44,936 bases of DNA, from assembly GCA_964349945.1 (NCBI GenBank), contig CAYGIH010000002.1, positions 1-44,936 of the forward strand, in the 5' to 3' direction. Position 1 is the first letter of the stretch; each line of letters opens with the position of its first letter. Source of the DNA: an uncultured Candidatus Saccharibacteria bacterium (GTDB taxonomy: Bacteria; Patescibacteriota; Minisyncoccia; Phycocordibacterales; Zambryskibacteraceae). Shown here piece after piece: positions 1 through 11,377 of the stretch. The notes beneath the pieces are model-generated. The model was not told the DNA's origin. It saw only the letters and a list, made by a program, of their open reading frames with translations, and made no database searches. The position numbers and the translations under genes are program-made.

Positions 1-1812
<1,812 letters not shown>

Positions 1813-2081
1813 TTTAAAAACCACTTACTTTTACTTCGACCAACAAAATGTTGATACGAAGGAGTGCGAGTGTCCCGCCGTCCAGCGAGACACTCACCTG
1901 CTCTGTTCTGCTAAATGAAATCAATCCATTTAGCAATTTATTTTTTCCTGCCCACCTCCATGTGCTTAAAGACCCAAAAACACTTGCTACTCTGCAGCAA
2001 CAAATGTCCCATCCATCCTCATGAATGAATGTGGTGACACACGTGGTGGAATTAAGTTGTCAAAGTACTCCCTAAAACGAA

Positions 2082-2147
2082 GACCTCCGCTTTTCACAAA
2101 GCGGAGGTCATTTCGAGACCAAAGCTAGCCGTTTGGCTAGCTTTTTT
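2082..2147. other. Two GC-rich stem-loops in the 23S leader/spacer (candidate processing or antitermination structures)
   Basis: Stem 1 is GACCTCCGC(2082-2090)/GCGGAGGTC(2101-2109). Stem 2 is AGCTAGCC(2123-2130)/GGCTAGCT(2135-2142), followed by T6 on the plus strand. Both lie between the candidate rRNA promoter and the mature 23S 5' end. Confidence 0.4.
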
Positions 2148-2190
2148 GCTTTGTGAAATTAAGGTTTTTTAACATTTTTAGGGTTTCTGT

Positions 2191-2219
2191 ATATTAGCTT
2201 TTCTCTGTTTATATGTCAA
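2191..2219 (-). promoter_or_regulatory. sigma70-type promoter candidate for the 23S rRNA gene
   Basis: The minus strand reads TTGACA (2219-2214), a 17-nt spacer, then TAATAT (2196-2191). This is ~370 nt upstream of the inferred mature 23S 5' end. Confidence 0.5.
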
Positions 2220-2295
2220 CTGCAACACCAAAACACCAAAAATGGGGATATTATGGGGATAAAATTGACATAAAATTCAAGAAATTGATCATTTT

Positions 2296-2304
2296 TGCTA
2301 TAAT
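2296..2304 (+). promoter_or_regulatory. Extended -10 promoter (TGcTATAAT) placed for a leaderless transcript of the 2311 gene
   Basis: TG is at 2296-2297 and TATAAT at 2299-2304. Only 6 nt (cgacca) precede the ATG at 2311, and there is no SD. Confidence 0.45.
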
Positions 2305-2310
2305 CGACCA

Positions 2311-3060
2311 ATGCAAAACAGAAGCATCATTATTATCATTTCTTTATTAGTCGTTATCTTGATTGGTTGGAAGCTGGCTGTTTATTTTCCTAAAGACCTA
2401 AATCCAATTCAAATTCCAGTAGTCATTGATAAATCTGCCACCAGCTCCCCCGCAACAACTACTCCAATCAATATAAAACCAATTGATGAGAAAACAGACA
2501 CTATCAATAAAGCTTGGACAGTTTTTCAAAAATATTTAGAAGCTGCCAAAAAACATGATTTGAAAACAGTCACCGAACTTTCACACCAGCTTTCAGATAC
2601 ATGCAAGGACCCAAATCAAACAAAAGGATGCAATGCATTGATGGACAATGTGTATGCATACGGGGGTGAAATGCAGCAAAAAGATTATGTGAATATTTGG
2701 TTTGATGATAAACAAATAATTCTTTTAACCAAAGAAAATTTTGTAGCCACAACAACAGTTAGAGGGATTTATAAAGGATTCATTTATTTTACCCGTGGTA
2801 CGAGCGGTAACATTAAATTTTTGAGTTTTAACCCTGAAGTTGGTGCTTATGTATTAACCAAAGATAAATCAAATGAGCAAGTTGACGCAGAAATACAAGC
2901 TATGATTAAAGACAGTGACCAAGATGGTCTCGCTGATTATTTGGAAACATGTAGAGAAAATGCTCTCTCAACATGTGTGAAGACTAATCCAGAAAAAAGA
3001 GACACAGACAGTGATGGGTGGTGGGATGGTACGGAGGCTCTTTTCTATGTGAAGCCCTAG
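2311..3060 (+). CDS. Membrane-anchored hypothetical protein with C-terminal Ca-binding-type D-x-D-x-D-G repeats
   Basis: The ORF is 249 aa with an N-terminal TM helix (IIIIISLLVVILIGW). DSDQDGLADYLE and DTDSDGWWDGTE resemble thrombospondin type-3-like calcium-binding motifs. Confidence 0.65.
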   Translation: MQNRSIIIIISLLVVILIGWKLAVYFPKDLNPIQIPVVIDKSATSSPATTTPINIKPIDEKTDTINKAWTVFQKYLEAAKKHDLKTVTELSHQLSDTCKDPNQTKGCNALMDNVYAYGGEMQQKDYVNIWFDDKQIILLTKENFVATTTVRGIYKGFIYFTRGTSGNIKFLSFNPEVGAYVLTKDKSNEQVDAEIQAMIKDSDQDGLADYLETCRENALSTCVKTNPEKRDTDSDGWWDGTEALFYVKP

Positions 3061-4409
3061 TTTCTCTTAAACAAGAATCTCTTAAGAGTTTCAAACCAAT
3101 TAGATTTAATTGGTGTTGTCGTAGACGTGGTTAGAGATAATAGAGTTATTGCCGTTTGATTTATATTCTTCGGAGCTTCAATCTCCTTCATTGTAGATAA
3201 TTCGTCTTGTATCAATTTGGCTTTTTGATAAATAGTAGAAATCTCATTTTTTGGCTCTGTGGTTATATTTTTATTCTGATTTTGAGGCAGATTTGGATTA
3301 CTTGTGCCAAGCGTAACCTCTCTTTCATTCATTGGTTTTAACCCTGTTATTCTAGAGGAAAATCCTATACTTGCTCCAGGTAAAATAATAGTATCTACTG
3401 GGAATTTGAAAACAAAACCACCATAAGAAAGCTCCCAACCATATAAATTAACTTCGTATTTGGAATTATTTTTTATTTTTATAAACGAATTATTTGCTTC
3501 TTCTATGGACAATTTCGGGTCAATCACCTTAATAGTTGATCTAGAAACTGATGAATCATCTGCATGATACGCATTTAAAACAACTATATAATCACCAGGA
3601 AAGTCATAGACATGTTCAACTCTTTTCCCTTCTCTCATAGCTCCATCTCCAAAAGACCAAGAATATAAAACTCTACCCTCAGCAATATTTGACTCTGCCT
3701 CAAATTCTGTTGGGGACCCAATAGTAGTGAGCCTATTTCTACCCATCGTCACCAAAAGTTTCTCTGGAGCTTTATAATTTGAAACACCAACTGATTCATA
3801 GTGACTAGAAAAAGAAGAACTACTGTTTGTATCGCTACCTGATGAAGAGACTGGCTGATCATTCGTACTCGAAGCGTTTGTTTGTGTTTGAGAATTTATT
3901 GTCCCCGGTGTAGGAGTAGCAACAACCCAAATAGTCCCACTTCTTTGGAGAGAATTCCCGTCCCCCTTTGCACCCTGAGTAGACGCGTATGAAACCGCAG
4001 GATCAGTGACATTACCACTACCATCTTTTATAGAAATAGTATTGCTTGTGTTAGTAAGAGAAAAGGAACTTTCAAAAAGCTTTCCACTAAATGATGGCCA
4101 GTCCATCGTGAACTTAGATGCATCGCTGGTAATAACCGCATAATCACCAGAGGCTAATACATTGCCTCCAGTTATAGGCCTCAAAGTATGGGCACTTGAA
4201 TCAACGAATCTCCAAGATCCGTTTACACTACCGGTGACAATTGTCACGGATTCTGATCCCGCATTATAAATCTCCACCCAGTCATCATCAGCCCCTGGAG
4301 AATCATACATAATCTCATTAATAACTATTTGAGCGAAACAAAACGATGGAAACAAAAAGGAGAAAAAGAAAAAATATAAAAAATAACCCTTAGAAATTTG
4401 TCCTCGCAT
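3057..4409 (-). CDS. Secreted lamin-tail-domain (LTD) / PKD-domain protein
   Basis: The ORF is 450 aa with a signal-like N-terminus. The LTD signature is VINEIMYDSPGADDDWVEIYN. The PKD-like segment is YSWSFGDGAMREGKRVEHVYDFPGDYIVVLNAY. A second LTD-like segment is FIKIKNNSKYEVNLYGWEL. Confidence 0.75.
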   Translation of the reverse strand: MRGQISKGYFLYFFFFSFLFPSFCFAQIVINEIMYDSPGADDDWVEIYNAGSESVTIVTGSVNGSWRFVDSSAHTLRPITGGNVLASGDYAVITSDASKFTMDWPSFSGKLFESSFSLTNTSNTISIKDGSGNVTDPAVSYASTQGAKGDGNSLQRSGTIWVVATPTPGTINSQTQTNASSTNDQPVSSSGSDTNSSSSFSSHYESVGVSNYKAPEKLLVTMGRNRLTTIGSPTEFEAESNIAEGRVLYSWSFGDGAMREGKRVEHVYDFPGDYIVVLNAYHADDSSVSRSTIKVIDPKLSIEEANNSFIKIKNNSKYEVNLYGWELSYGGFVFKFPVDTIILPGASIGFSSRITGLKPMNEREVTLGTSNPNLPQNQNKNITTEPKNEISTIYQKAKLIQDELSTMKEIEAPKNINQTAITLLSLTTSTTTPIKSNWFETLKRFLFKRN

Positions 4410-4544
4410 AAAGAATTACTCCAAGACTAAGAATGATAAGGAACAAAAATCCAAAGAAAAACTTGAAGAAATCCTTATCAAAATAACTCATTGTTTAAGT
4501 ATATCCTTATAAAAATAATTCGCTTAGACTTATCCCCAATACAA

Positions 4545-4571
4545 CAAAAAACCACCCGAAGGTGGTTTTTT
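4545..4571. terminator. Bidirectional rho-independent terminator
   Basis: The sequence reads A7, CCACC, cgaa, GGTGG, T6. It lies downstream of the 4632-6557 gene on the minus strand. Confidence 0.7.
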
Positions 4572-4631
4572 GTTACTTTCCTCACCTAGCCGAAGCCGGG
4601 ATTGGAAATGATTGGAGAAACTAAACTCGGA

Positions 4632-6557
4632 TTAAGGCAAGCTTACGCTTGAGCTTCTCCAGTTTGTTTGACCACTCATGAATGTTGAGCTGTTTAGAGT
4701 ACCTGCAGTAGCATTTACCCAGTTGATCTGTTCAAGACCGATTGAGTAGTTTCCTGCGGTTACACCAACTCCTGTTGCAAGATTACCTTCCATGGTAAAC
4801 GATACAGGAAGTGTGATGCTTTGACCCTTAGCCAAGGTAACGCTGTTTGAACCAGTAGCTACTACATTTCCTGATGAAGGGAATGCGAAGTCTGTTGATG
4901 AAGCAGCAACTGGTGTTACTGCAGCACCATTCAAGTAAACGATAAATGACTTAGTGCCACCTACAGTTACGTTACCAACCATTGGAGTACCTGAAGCGGT
5001 AGTACCAAGTAAGATTGGAGCACCAACTGCCTCAATCTTCAAGTTGAAGGTTGCTGTAGCTGTTGATGTTGCGTAGTTGTTCTGTACTGGTCGTGCACCC
5101 TTAACAATTGTTGGAGTACCAACAAGTGAGAAGACAGGACCTTGATTTGTAACCAAGATGTTGTTTCCTGTTGCTGAACCAGTTAGGTTAGAACCAGATA
5201 CAGTGTCTCCATTTGAATTCTCTGCACTAATACCGCTGGTTGCAACTGATGCTGTGATAGTTGCTTGAGCGGATGTTGCACCTGTGATATCAGCCTTGAT
5301 CGTAAAGGTCTTGGTTGTATCCTTTGGAATAGTGTAGTTAATGTCTGCGAATGTTGCAGCAGCAGCACTTAGAGAAGCTGTGCCTACAAGAGTATCACCT
5401 ACGTATAGGTAAGTGCTTGAAGCTTCAGCTCCTGTTCCAACTGCAGCGATAGTAGCAACAAGGTCAGTAACAAGAACTGCATCCTTTTCTGCTCTCAAAT
5501 CGAATGTCAAGAGAGAAACCTTATCTGCTTGGTCATTAAGTGAACCAGTAGATGCGATTACTTCTTGTTTCAATGGAGTATTTCCATTTGTTGACAAGGT
5601 AAGGTTTGCGCTATCGACTAGAGATGCACCGGTTGTGATGGCCTTTGAAAGAGTTCCTGTTCCTTCATATTGGTCAATACCTGCTCCATCAACACCACGG
5701 ACTGCATTGTCCATCAAACTGAATGTCCAAGCAACGTTTTTAACATCTGCATCATTGCCAAAGCTCATAACATCAGCCTTAACAGTGAAAGTCTTTGTAG
5801 CATCCTTTGCTACAATTGAGCTAAATCCTGTCAATGTGATTGTGTATCGAGGTGTACCTTCTGTACCTTTGACAACAGTGTTTGAATTAAGTTCAGATGA
5901 TGCAACAGTCTTTCCTGATTCATCTACTAGGTAGATCTTTGAGAAAGCTCTGGTGTATACCTTGTTGTTTGTTCCCAAATCAACCTTTAATCTCTGGATA
6001 GCAACGTCAGAGTTTGTAGCCTTCACTTTGAAAGCTAAAACAGGGACCATTGAATCACCTGAGTAAACAGTTGAGTTTGAAACAGTGGCAACGCTCTTGC
6101 TGATTGTACCTTCAGCACCTGGAGTTGAAATTCCGGTTACTGCAGGGACAGTTGTTGTAGTAGTGGTTGTAGTTGTTACTGAACCAGCTGCTGCAGCACG
6201 AGACTTAGGTCCAAAGTAACCAGCTGCAGGAGTAATTCCCTTAGCTACTTGCCACTTTGCGACTGCTGCCTTTGTCAATGCTCCGAAGTATCCCTTAGCA
6301 ACACCTGCTGGCATTGTTAGGTAACCACCTGCGACGAGCATGTCTTGTAATGCAGTAACTTCAGCTCCCTTGCTACCGACTGTAAGGTCAGTAGTGAAAG
6401 ATGAAGAAACTGTTGCGCCTCCTGACATAGCTGAAAGCTGTGCCATTAGGGCGTTGATTTGTGCTTGTAGTTCAGCAACGGTTGCAGCTGATGCAGGTGA
6501 TGCAAAGCTGAGAACCATTACAGAAACCGCAGCAATTCTTGCGATTCTATTTGTCAT
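4632..6557 (-). CDS. Secreted surface protein with a peptidoglycan-binding (PG_binding_1-like) domain and a long Thr/Ser/Ala/Val/Gly-rich beta-rich region
   Basis: The ORF is 641 aa with a signal peptide (MVLSFASPASAA). A PG-binding-like segment reads GSKGAEVTALQDMLVAGGYL...GALTKAAVAKWQVAKGI. A poly-Thr linker and low-complexity, repeat-like beta-rich sequence follow. Confidence 0.75.
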   Translation of the reverse strand: MTNRIARIAAVSVMVLSFASPASAATVAELQAQINALMAQLSAMSGGATVSSSFTTDLTVGSKGAEVTALQDMLVAGGYLTMPAGVAKGYFGALTKAAVAKWQVAKGITPAAGYFGPKSRAAAAGSVTTTTTTTTTVPAVTGISTPGAEGTISKSVATVSNSTVYSGDSMVPVLAFKVKATNSDVAIQRLKVDLGTNNKVYTRAFSKIYLVDESGKTVASSELNSNTVVKGTEGTPRYTITLTGFSSIVAKDATKTFTVKADVMSFGNDADVKNVAWTFSLMDNAVRGVDGAGIDQYEGTGTLSKAITTGASLVDSANLTLSTNGNTPLKQEVIASTGSLNDQADKVSLLTFDLRAEKDAVLVTDLVATIAAVGTGAEASSTYLYVGDTLVGTASLSAAAATFADINYTIPKDTTKTFTIKADITGATSAQATITASVATSGISAENSNGDTVSGSNLTGSATGNNILVTNQGPVFSLVGTPTIVKGARPVQNNYATSTATATFNLKIEAVGAPILLGTTASGTPMVGNVTVGGTKSFIVYLNGAAVTPVAASSTDFAFPSSGNVVATGSNSVTLAKGQSITLPVSFTMEGNLATGVGVTAGNYSIGLEQINWVNATAGTLNSSTFMSGQTNWRSSSVSLP

Positions 6558-6755
6558 TTTTAAATTTAAATACTAATGCGCATATGTTTCCCCAGTGATT
6601 CTAAAGTGTCGGGTACGCACTGCGTGGATTAATTTGCCGACAACGGATAAGCCTTCGCCGGCAAGCTGATAATTAATTTATTGCACCAATCTATTATAGA
6701 ATGGGACAAAACAAACACCTAATGTTCTGTGGATAACTCCCTTAGAATATAGCAT

Positions 6756-7523
6756 TTATTCGACTTTAGCAAGCGAATATCTGCTCCAACGCTTCTCTCC
6801 TTCCTTATGAAGAATCCCAGAATGGACCATAGCCATTAATTCTCTTTGAATAGTCTTTTCACTGCAACCATCAATAAGTGGCGAAACGTCCTTTATCATA
6901 ATCTCCTTCTTACGCTTTAGAAGGTTAACTATAACACTTTGACGACCATTCTTCTTCACAGCCACTGCACCAAATTCCTTTAAGGGTTTTTGCTCTAAAA
7001 CCTCATTATGTCCTTTATTTCCCTTGATTTGTTCCACACTTGGCAATAATCCAATGTCCTCTTTCTTCTCAAGACTCGAAGCATAAAAAGTGCTTGAGGC
7101 AGGTTTGTCCTTAATGTTGTCTAACCTCAAATTAGTGCGAGAAAACCCTGTTTGAGAACCAAAATAGTCTTTGGATAAAAGAAGATTTTGCGGATCTTCT
7201 AACATATCAACAGGAACAGAAATAACATCAATACACTTCTTAAACTCACCCACTAGAATCTCATAATTCAAATCAGAAACTAACCCAGCATGACTTGCCA
7301 CCACAAAAAGACCTTCAATTTCTAATAGGTTTTGTCTTAAATCAACTACATTTTTATCACTTTGAGAATAGTTATTGTCTTTTATTAAAATTGAATTAGA
7401 AATCAAATTAGAAGCAAGATTTCTAAGCTTCCATTTCAAAGGCTCTTTCTCATCAAAAAATCCAGTGACTAAGTAAATTGCCGAAGCTATTTTTTGTGTC
7501 TTTTTGGTGATTTCTGGCTTCAT
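6756..7523 (-). CDS. Hypothetical protein with a C-terminal winged-helix DNA-binding-like domain
   Basis: The ORF is 255 aa. The C-terminal segment IKDVSPLIDGCSEKTIQRELMAMVHSGILHKEGEKRWSRYSL looks like a wHTH. Confidence 0.6.
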   Translation of the reverse strand: MKPEITKKTQKIASAIYLVTGFFDEKEPLKWKLRNLASNLISNSILIKDNNYSQSDKNVVDLRQNLLEIEGLFVVASHAGLVSDLNYEILVGEFKKCIDVISVPVDMLEDPQNLLLSKDYFGSQTGFSRTNLRLDNIKDKPASSTFYASSLEKKEDIGLLPSVEQIKGNKGHNEVLEQKPLKEFGAVAVKKNGRQSVIVNLLKRKKEIMIKDVSPLIDGCSEKTIQRELMAMVHSGILHKEGEKRWSRYSLAKVE

Positions 7524-7671
7524 ATATGTCTTTTATAAACTGTCCTTTAATACTACCATATTTTGTCCTTTATTGCAAGTGTCTAAAGTATAGGACATTA
7601 AGGACATAAAATGCAATACCAAAATCCACAGTTTGTGTTGTGATATGATTATTATTAAGTGTTATACACAT

Positions 7672-9837
7672 ATGGCTAAAAAACGTAAATCAGATAAGGG
7701 TGATTCTGAAGGATCATTGTTAAATCATATTTCTAAAGAAACATTTAATGCTGTACTTGGGGTACTTTCTATTGTTATTACCATATTCCTTTTTATGGCC
7801 GCTTTTGATAAAGGTGGGCCAGTGGGCAATTTCACATATATTGGCTTAACCTTTCTCTTTGGTATAGGTTATTACCTTGTCCCCATTGCATTTCTTATGT
7901 TGGGTATTTCTTTTTTCCAAGCACGAGAAAAAAATTTCGCTCTTCCCCAAACATTGGGCACAATTCTGTTTTTTATTGCCTCACTTGGCTTAACTGACTT
8001 ACTCTTTGTTAGAGGTGGACTCATAGGAGGGTTTATATCGAGACCGTTGCATTCGCTTTTTGATGTTTATCTCTCCGCTATTATTTTAGTAGCACTTATA
8101 GTCATTTCTATCCTTATCACCTTTGACACATCTATTAAAATTAATTTCCTTGCGCTCTTCTATAAAATTTTTAAGAAGAAAGATCCCCAAATAGAAATGG
8201 CACAAGCTGAGAATGCTAAGGTTGACAAGGCTGTTGAAGAGATGAAAAAAGAAGAGAAAGAACAAAAACCAAAAGAAGCTCAAGGAGCCTTGAAAAAATT
8301 ATTAAACCAAGATGACAGCGAAGGCTTTGCCCCCACAGTAACCAAACGTCTTGGACGAGCTTGGACTCCTCCCCCACTTTCACTTCTTGATAGAGACAGA
8401 GGTAAACCAGGAGTTGGAGATATAAAAGCAAATGCAAACCAAATAAAAAGAACTCTTCAAAACTTTGGCATCATCGTTGAGATGGACGAAATTTCTATTG
8501 GACCATCTGTTACCCGCTATGCTCTTAAACCTGCCGAAGGTGTAAAACTTTCTAAAATTCTCGGACTCCAAAACAATCTTGAGCTCGCTCTCGCTGCCCA
8601 CCCTGTTCGTATTGAAGCCCCAATCCCAGGAAAATCTCTTGTGGGTATAGAAGTGCCTAATACATCTAAAGCGACTATTGGCCTGGGTTCCCTACTCTCT
8701 GAACCAGGATATGCGGAATCAGATAAACCACTCTTAGTTGCTCTTGGTCGTGATGTCTCTGGAGAAACACATTTCGCTAACATGGGCAAAATGCCTCATT
8801 GCCTAGTTGCTGGTGCTACTGGTTCAGGTAAATCTGTAACCATCCATGCGATAGTTAATTCACTCCTCTTCCGTAACCCTCCAGAGAATCTAAAATTCAT
8901 AATGATTGATCCAAAGCGTGTTGAACTCACCCTCTATAACAAAATCCCCCATCTCCTCACTCCAGTTATCACTGATGCTAAAAAAGCTATTCTAGCTCTT
9001 AAATGGTCAGCCAAGGAAATGGAACGTAGATACGACATCCTTGAAAGAAATTCTGTAAGGGATATTGATTCGTATCACAAAGCCATACTTGCTGGTACTA
9101 CCAAGAAGATGAAAGATGAAGAAGATGGACCAGACCCTATGCCGTTTATAGTTATTATCATTGATGAGTTGGCTGACCTTATGTCCGCATATCCAAGAGA
9201 ACTTGAGTCAGCAATTGTTCGATTGGCTCAGATGTCTCGCGCCGTGGGTATTCACCTTATACTCTCTACCCAACGTCCATCTGTAAATGTCATCACTGGC
9301 CTTATCAAAGCCAACATACCTGCACGTATAGCTCTCCAAGTTTCCTCTCAAATTGACTCGCGTACGATTATAGACATGGCAGGAGCCGAAAAACTACTTG
9401 GTGCTGGAGATATGCTCTACGCTGGTGGAGAAATGAGTAAACCAGAACGCATCCAATCTGCATTTATTTCTGAATCAGAGGTAAAAAAGGTTGTTAAATA
9501 CCTTGTAGATACTTATATAGATGATTTGGGCACTCAAATAGATTTTACTAATGATAAAGCAGACACTTCTATTTTCTCTGCATCTCTCGATGATGATAAC
9601 CTTGGTGATGATGACGATGAATTATATGAAGAAGCCAGAGAAATAGTGGTCAGTGCGGGTAAGGCGTCCACTTCATATCTCCAACGAAAACTTCGAATTG
9701 GTTATGCTCGCGCAGCTCGACTCATCGATATACTTGAAGAACGAGGGGTGGTTGGACCAGGTTCAGGAGCTAAACCTCGAGATGTTATTGGCACCACAAA
9801 CAATTCTGCAGAGTTCGCTGAAGAAGAGATCTTATGA
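7672..9837 (+). CDS. ftsK: DNA translocase FtsK/SpoIIIE
   Basis: N-terminal TM helices are followed by the Walker A motif GATGSGKS, then IIIDELADLM, then a C-terminal gamma wHTH (STSYLQRKLRIGYARAARLID). I chose the ATG at 7672 (MAKKRKS); the ORF is open from 7633. Confidence 0.9.
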   Translation: MAKKRKSDKGDSEGSLLNHISKETFNAVLGVLSIVITIFLFMAAFDKGGPVGNFTYIGLTFLFGIGYYLVPIAFLMLGISFFQAREKNFALPQTLGTILFFIASLGLTDLLFVRGGLIGGFISRPLHSLFDVYLSAIILVALIVISILITFDTSIKINFLALFYKIFKKKDPQIEMAQAENAKVDKAVEEMKKEEKEQKPKEAQGALKKLLNQDDSEGFAPTVTKRLGRAWTPPPLSLLDRDRGKPGVGDIKANANQIKRTLQNFGIIVEMDEISIGPSVTRYALKPAEGVKLSKILGLQNNLELALAAHPVRIEAPIPGKSLVGIEVPNTSKATIGLGSLLSEPGYAESDKPLLVALGRDVSGETHFANMGKMPHCLVAGATGSGKSVTIHAIVNSLLFRNPPENLKFIMIDPKRVELTLYNKIPHLLTPVITDAKKAILALKWSAKEMERRYDILERNSVRDIDSYHKAILAGTTKKMKDEEDGPDPMPFIVIIIDELADLMSAYPRELESAIVRLAQMSRAVGIHLILSTQRPSVNVITGLIKANIPARIALQVSSQIDSRTIIDMAGAEKLLGAGDMLYAGGEMSKPERIQSAFISESEVKKVVKYLVDTYIDDLGTQIDFTNDKADTSIFSASLDDDNLGDDDDELYEEAREIVVSAGKASTSYLQRKLRIGYARAARLIDILEERGVVGPGSGAKPRDVIGTTNNSAEFAEEEIL

Positions 9838-10181
9838 GAAAAATAGAGGCGAATCCAAGATTAGTAGCACTTTATTTGGGGCTTTTGATTGTTATCCTTT
9901 ATATTTTCTTTCAAGCGAGATTTATTGTTTTTGGTCCACAAATATCTATTTATACTCCTAGAAACAATGAGACCGTCGCATCATCTACAATTTTCGTCAC
10001 TGGACGTGCTGAAAATATCGCTTACATAACTTTGGATGATCGACCTATATTTGTTGACGAGAAAGGTAACTTTAGTGAGAAGATTGTTGCCCAAGATGGT
10101 ACAAATTTCATTAAAATGTGGGCCAAAGATCGCTTCAATAGATCTACAGAAAAAACTTTAAGAATCGTCTATAATAGATAA
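9834..10181 (+). CDS. Small membrane-anchored protein with a probable Ig-like beta domain, translationally coupled between ftsK and recA
   Basis: The ORF is 115 aa. Its start overlaps the ftsK stop (ATGA) and its stop abuts the recA ATG. It has one TM helix (LVALYLGLLIVILYIFF). Confidence 0.6.
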   Translation: MRKIEANPRLVALYLGLLIVILYIFFQARFIVFGPQISIYTPRNNETVASSTIFVTGRAENIAYITLDDRPIFVDEKGNFSEKIVAQDGTNFIKMWAKDRFNRSTEKTLRIVYNR

Positions 10182-11225
10182 ATGAAACCTAAAAAAACAC
10201 CAAAAGCCCCAAAAGAAATGGGCCATAGAGACGAGTCAAGAAATATTGACTCAACACTCGATGCAATAAAGATGAAGTTCGGTGAAGATTCAATTATGAT
10301 GCTTGGGGCTAAACCAAGAGTTGGCGTTGATGCCATCTCTACAGGCTCTATTGGACTTGATGCTGCGCTCGGTGTAGGAGGCCTTCCTCGCGGCAGAATA
10401 GTTGAAATCTTTGGACCAGAATCTTCAGGCAAGACTACCCTCTCTCTCCACGTGATAGCCGAAGCTCAAAAGCTTGGAGGTATCTGTGCTTTTATCGACG
10501 CAGAACACGCTATGGACCCAGAATATTCAAAGAAACTTGGTGTGAAAATAAACGAACTCCTCATCTCTCAACCAGACACAGGCGAACAGGCCTTAGAAAT
10601 TGTTGAATCACTTGTTCGTTCAGGCAAGATGGATGTCATAGTCATAGACTCTGTGGCCGCATTGACTCCAAAGGATGAAATCGAAGGAGATATGGGCGCG
10701 CACCACGTCGGTAAACAAGCTCGTCTTATGAGCCAAGCTCTCAGGAAGCTTACAGCCATAGTGGCAAAATCAAAGACGATAGTTATTTTTATCAACCAAA
10801 TCAGAATGCAAATCGGAGTGATGTTTGGTAATCCAGAGACTACTCCAGGGGGTAAGGCTCTTAAGTTTTATACATCTGTAAGAATTGATATAAGGAGAAT
10901 TGCTCAAATAAAAAAAGGTGAGGAAATAATGGGAGGAAGAATTCGAGTAAAGGTGGTGAAGAATAAAGTCGCCGCTCCGTTCAAACAAACAGAATTTGAT
11001 TTAATGTACAACGAAGGTATCAGCCGTGAGGGTGAAATCATCGCTCTGGGAGAAAAGATGGGATTCATAAAGAAAACCGGCAATTCATACTCCTACTCCC
11101 CCGAAGGCGGTGAAGAGGAGAAACTTGGACGAGGATATGATGCTACTCGACAATTCCTAAAAGAAAATAAAAAAGTCACTGACCAAATCCTTAAAGAAAT
11201 TAGAAAGAAACTAAGTGAAGAATAA
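10182..11225 (+). CDS. recA: Recombinase RecA
   Basis: The Walker A motif is [26 protein letters not shown] and [28 protein letters not shown] are also present. Confidence 0.97.
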   Translation: MKPKKTPKAPKEMGHRDESRNIDSTLDAIKMKFGEDSIMMLGAKPRVGVDAISTGSIGLDAALGVGGLPRGRIVEIFGPESSGKTTLSLHVIAEAQKLGGICAFIDAEHAMDPEYSKKLGVKINELLISQPDTGEQALEIVESLVRSGKMDVIVIDSVAALTPKDEIEGDMGAHHVGKQARLMSQALRKLTAIVAKSKTIVIFINQIRMQIGVMFGNPETTPGGKALKFYTSVRIDIRRIAQIKKGEEIMGGRIRVKVVKNKVAAPFKQTEFDLMYNEGISREGEIIALGEKMGFIKKTGNSYSYSPEGGEEEKLGRGYDATRQFLKENKKVTDQILKEIRKKLSEE

Positions 11226-11332
11226 AAGCATAAAGAGTTTTTAAAACCCTTTCGCAGACTGACGAGTCGAGAACGACCAAAATTTTCAGCAGAAAATTAT
11301 TGGGTGGTTTTTAAGGCTCTTTTGCTTTTATT
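11221..11332 (+). other. Long imperfect inverted repeat enclosing two small hairpins (candidate recA terminator or structured RNA)
   Basis: The left arm AATAAAAGCATAAAGAGTTTTTAAAACC (11221-11248) pairs with the right arm GGTTTTTAAGGCTCTTTTGCTTTTATT (11306-11332). The inner hairpins are GTCG-agaa-CGAC (11266-11277) and ATTTTC-agca-GAAAAT (11282-11297). Confidence 0.4.
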
Positions 11333-11340
11333 AAAAACCT

Positions 11341-11368
11341 TTGCTATTCCGAATTAATTATGTAAAAT
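11341..11368 (+). promoter_or_regulatory. sigma70-type promoter candidate for efp
   Basis: TTGCTA (11341-11346), a 16-nt spacer, then TAAAAT (11363-11368). The ATG at 11378 is only 9 nt downstream and there is no SD. Confidence 0.45.
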
Positions 11369-11377
11369 GTGAGTCTT

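Noticed and set aside
5413-6576. Plus-strand ORFs 5413-5934 and 6340-6576 inside the PG-binding surface-protein gene.
   Set aside because: They are antisense to a gene that has a signal peptide and a recognisable PG-binding domain. The Ala/Thr/Ser/Val-rich codon bias keeps the opposite frame open.
7633-7671. An upstream alternative start (MCCDMIIIKCYTH...) for ftsK.
   Set aside because: It is a non-ATG start with an implausible Cys-rich peptide. The ATG at 7672 gives a typical basic FtsK N-terminus (MAKKRKS).
11249-11305. A hammerhead-ribozyme-like string CTGACGAG-TCGAGAACGA-C in the recA-efp spacer.
   Set aside because: CUGAnGA and a short stem II are present, but the obligatory GAA following stem II is missing (the sequence reads CAAAA). 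No stem I / stem III cleavage-site arrangement could be drawn.
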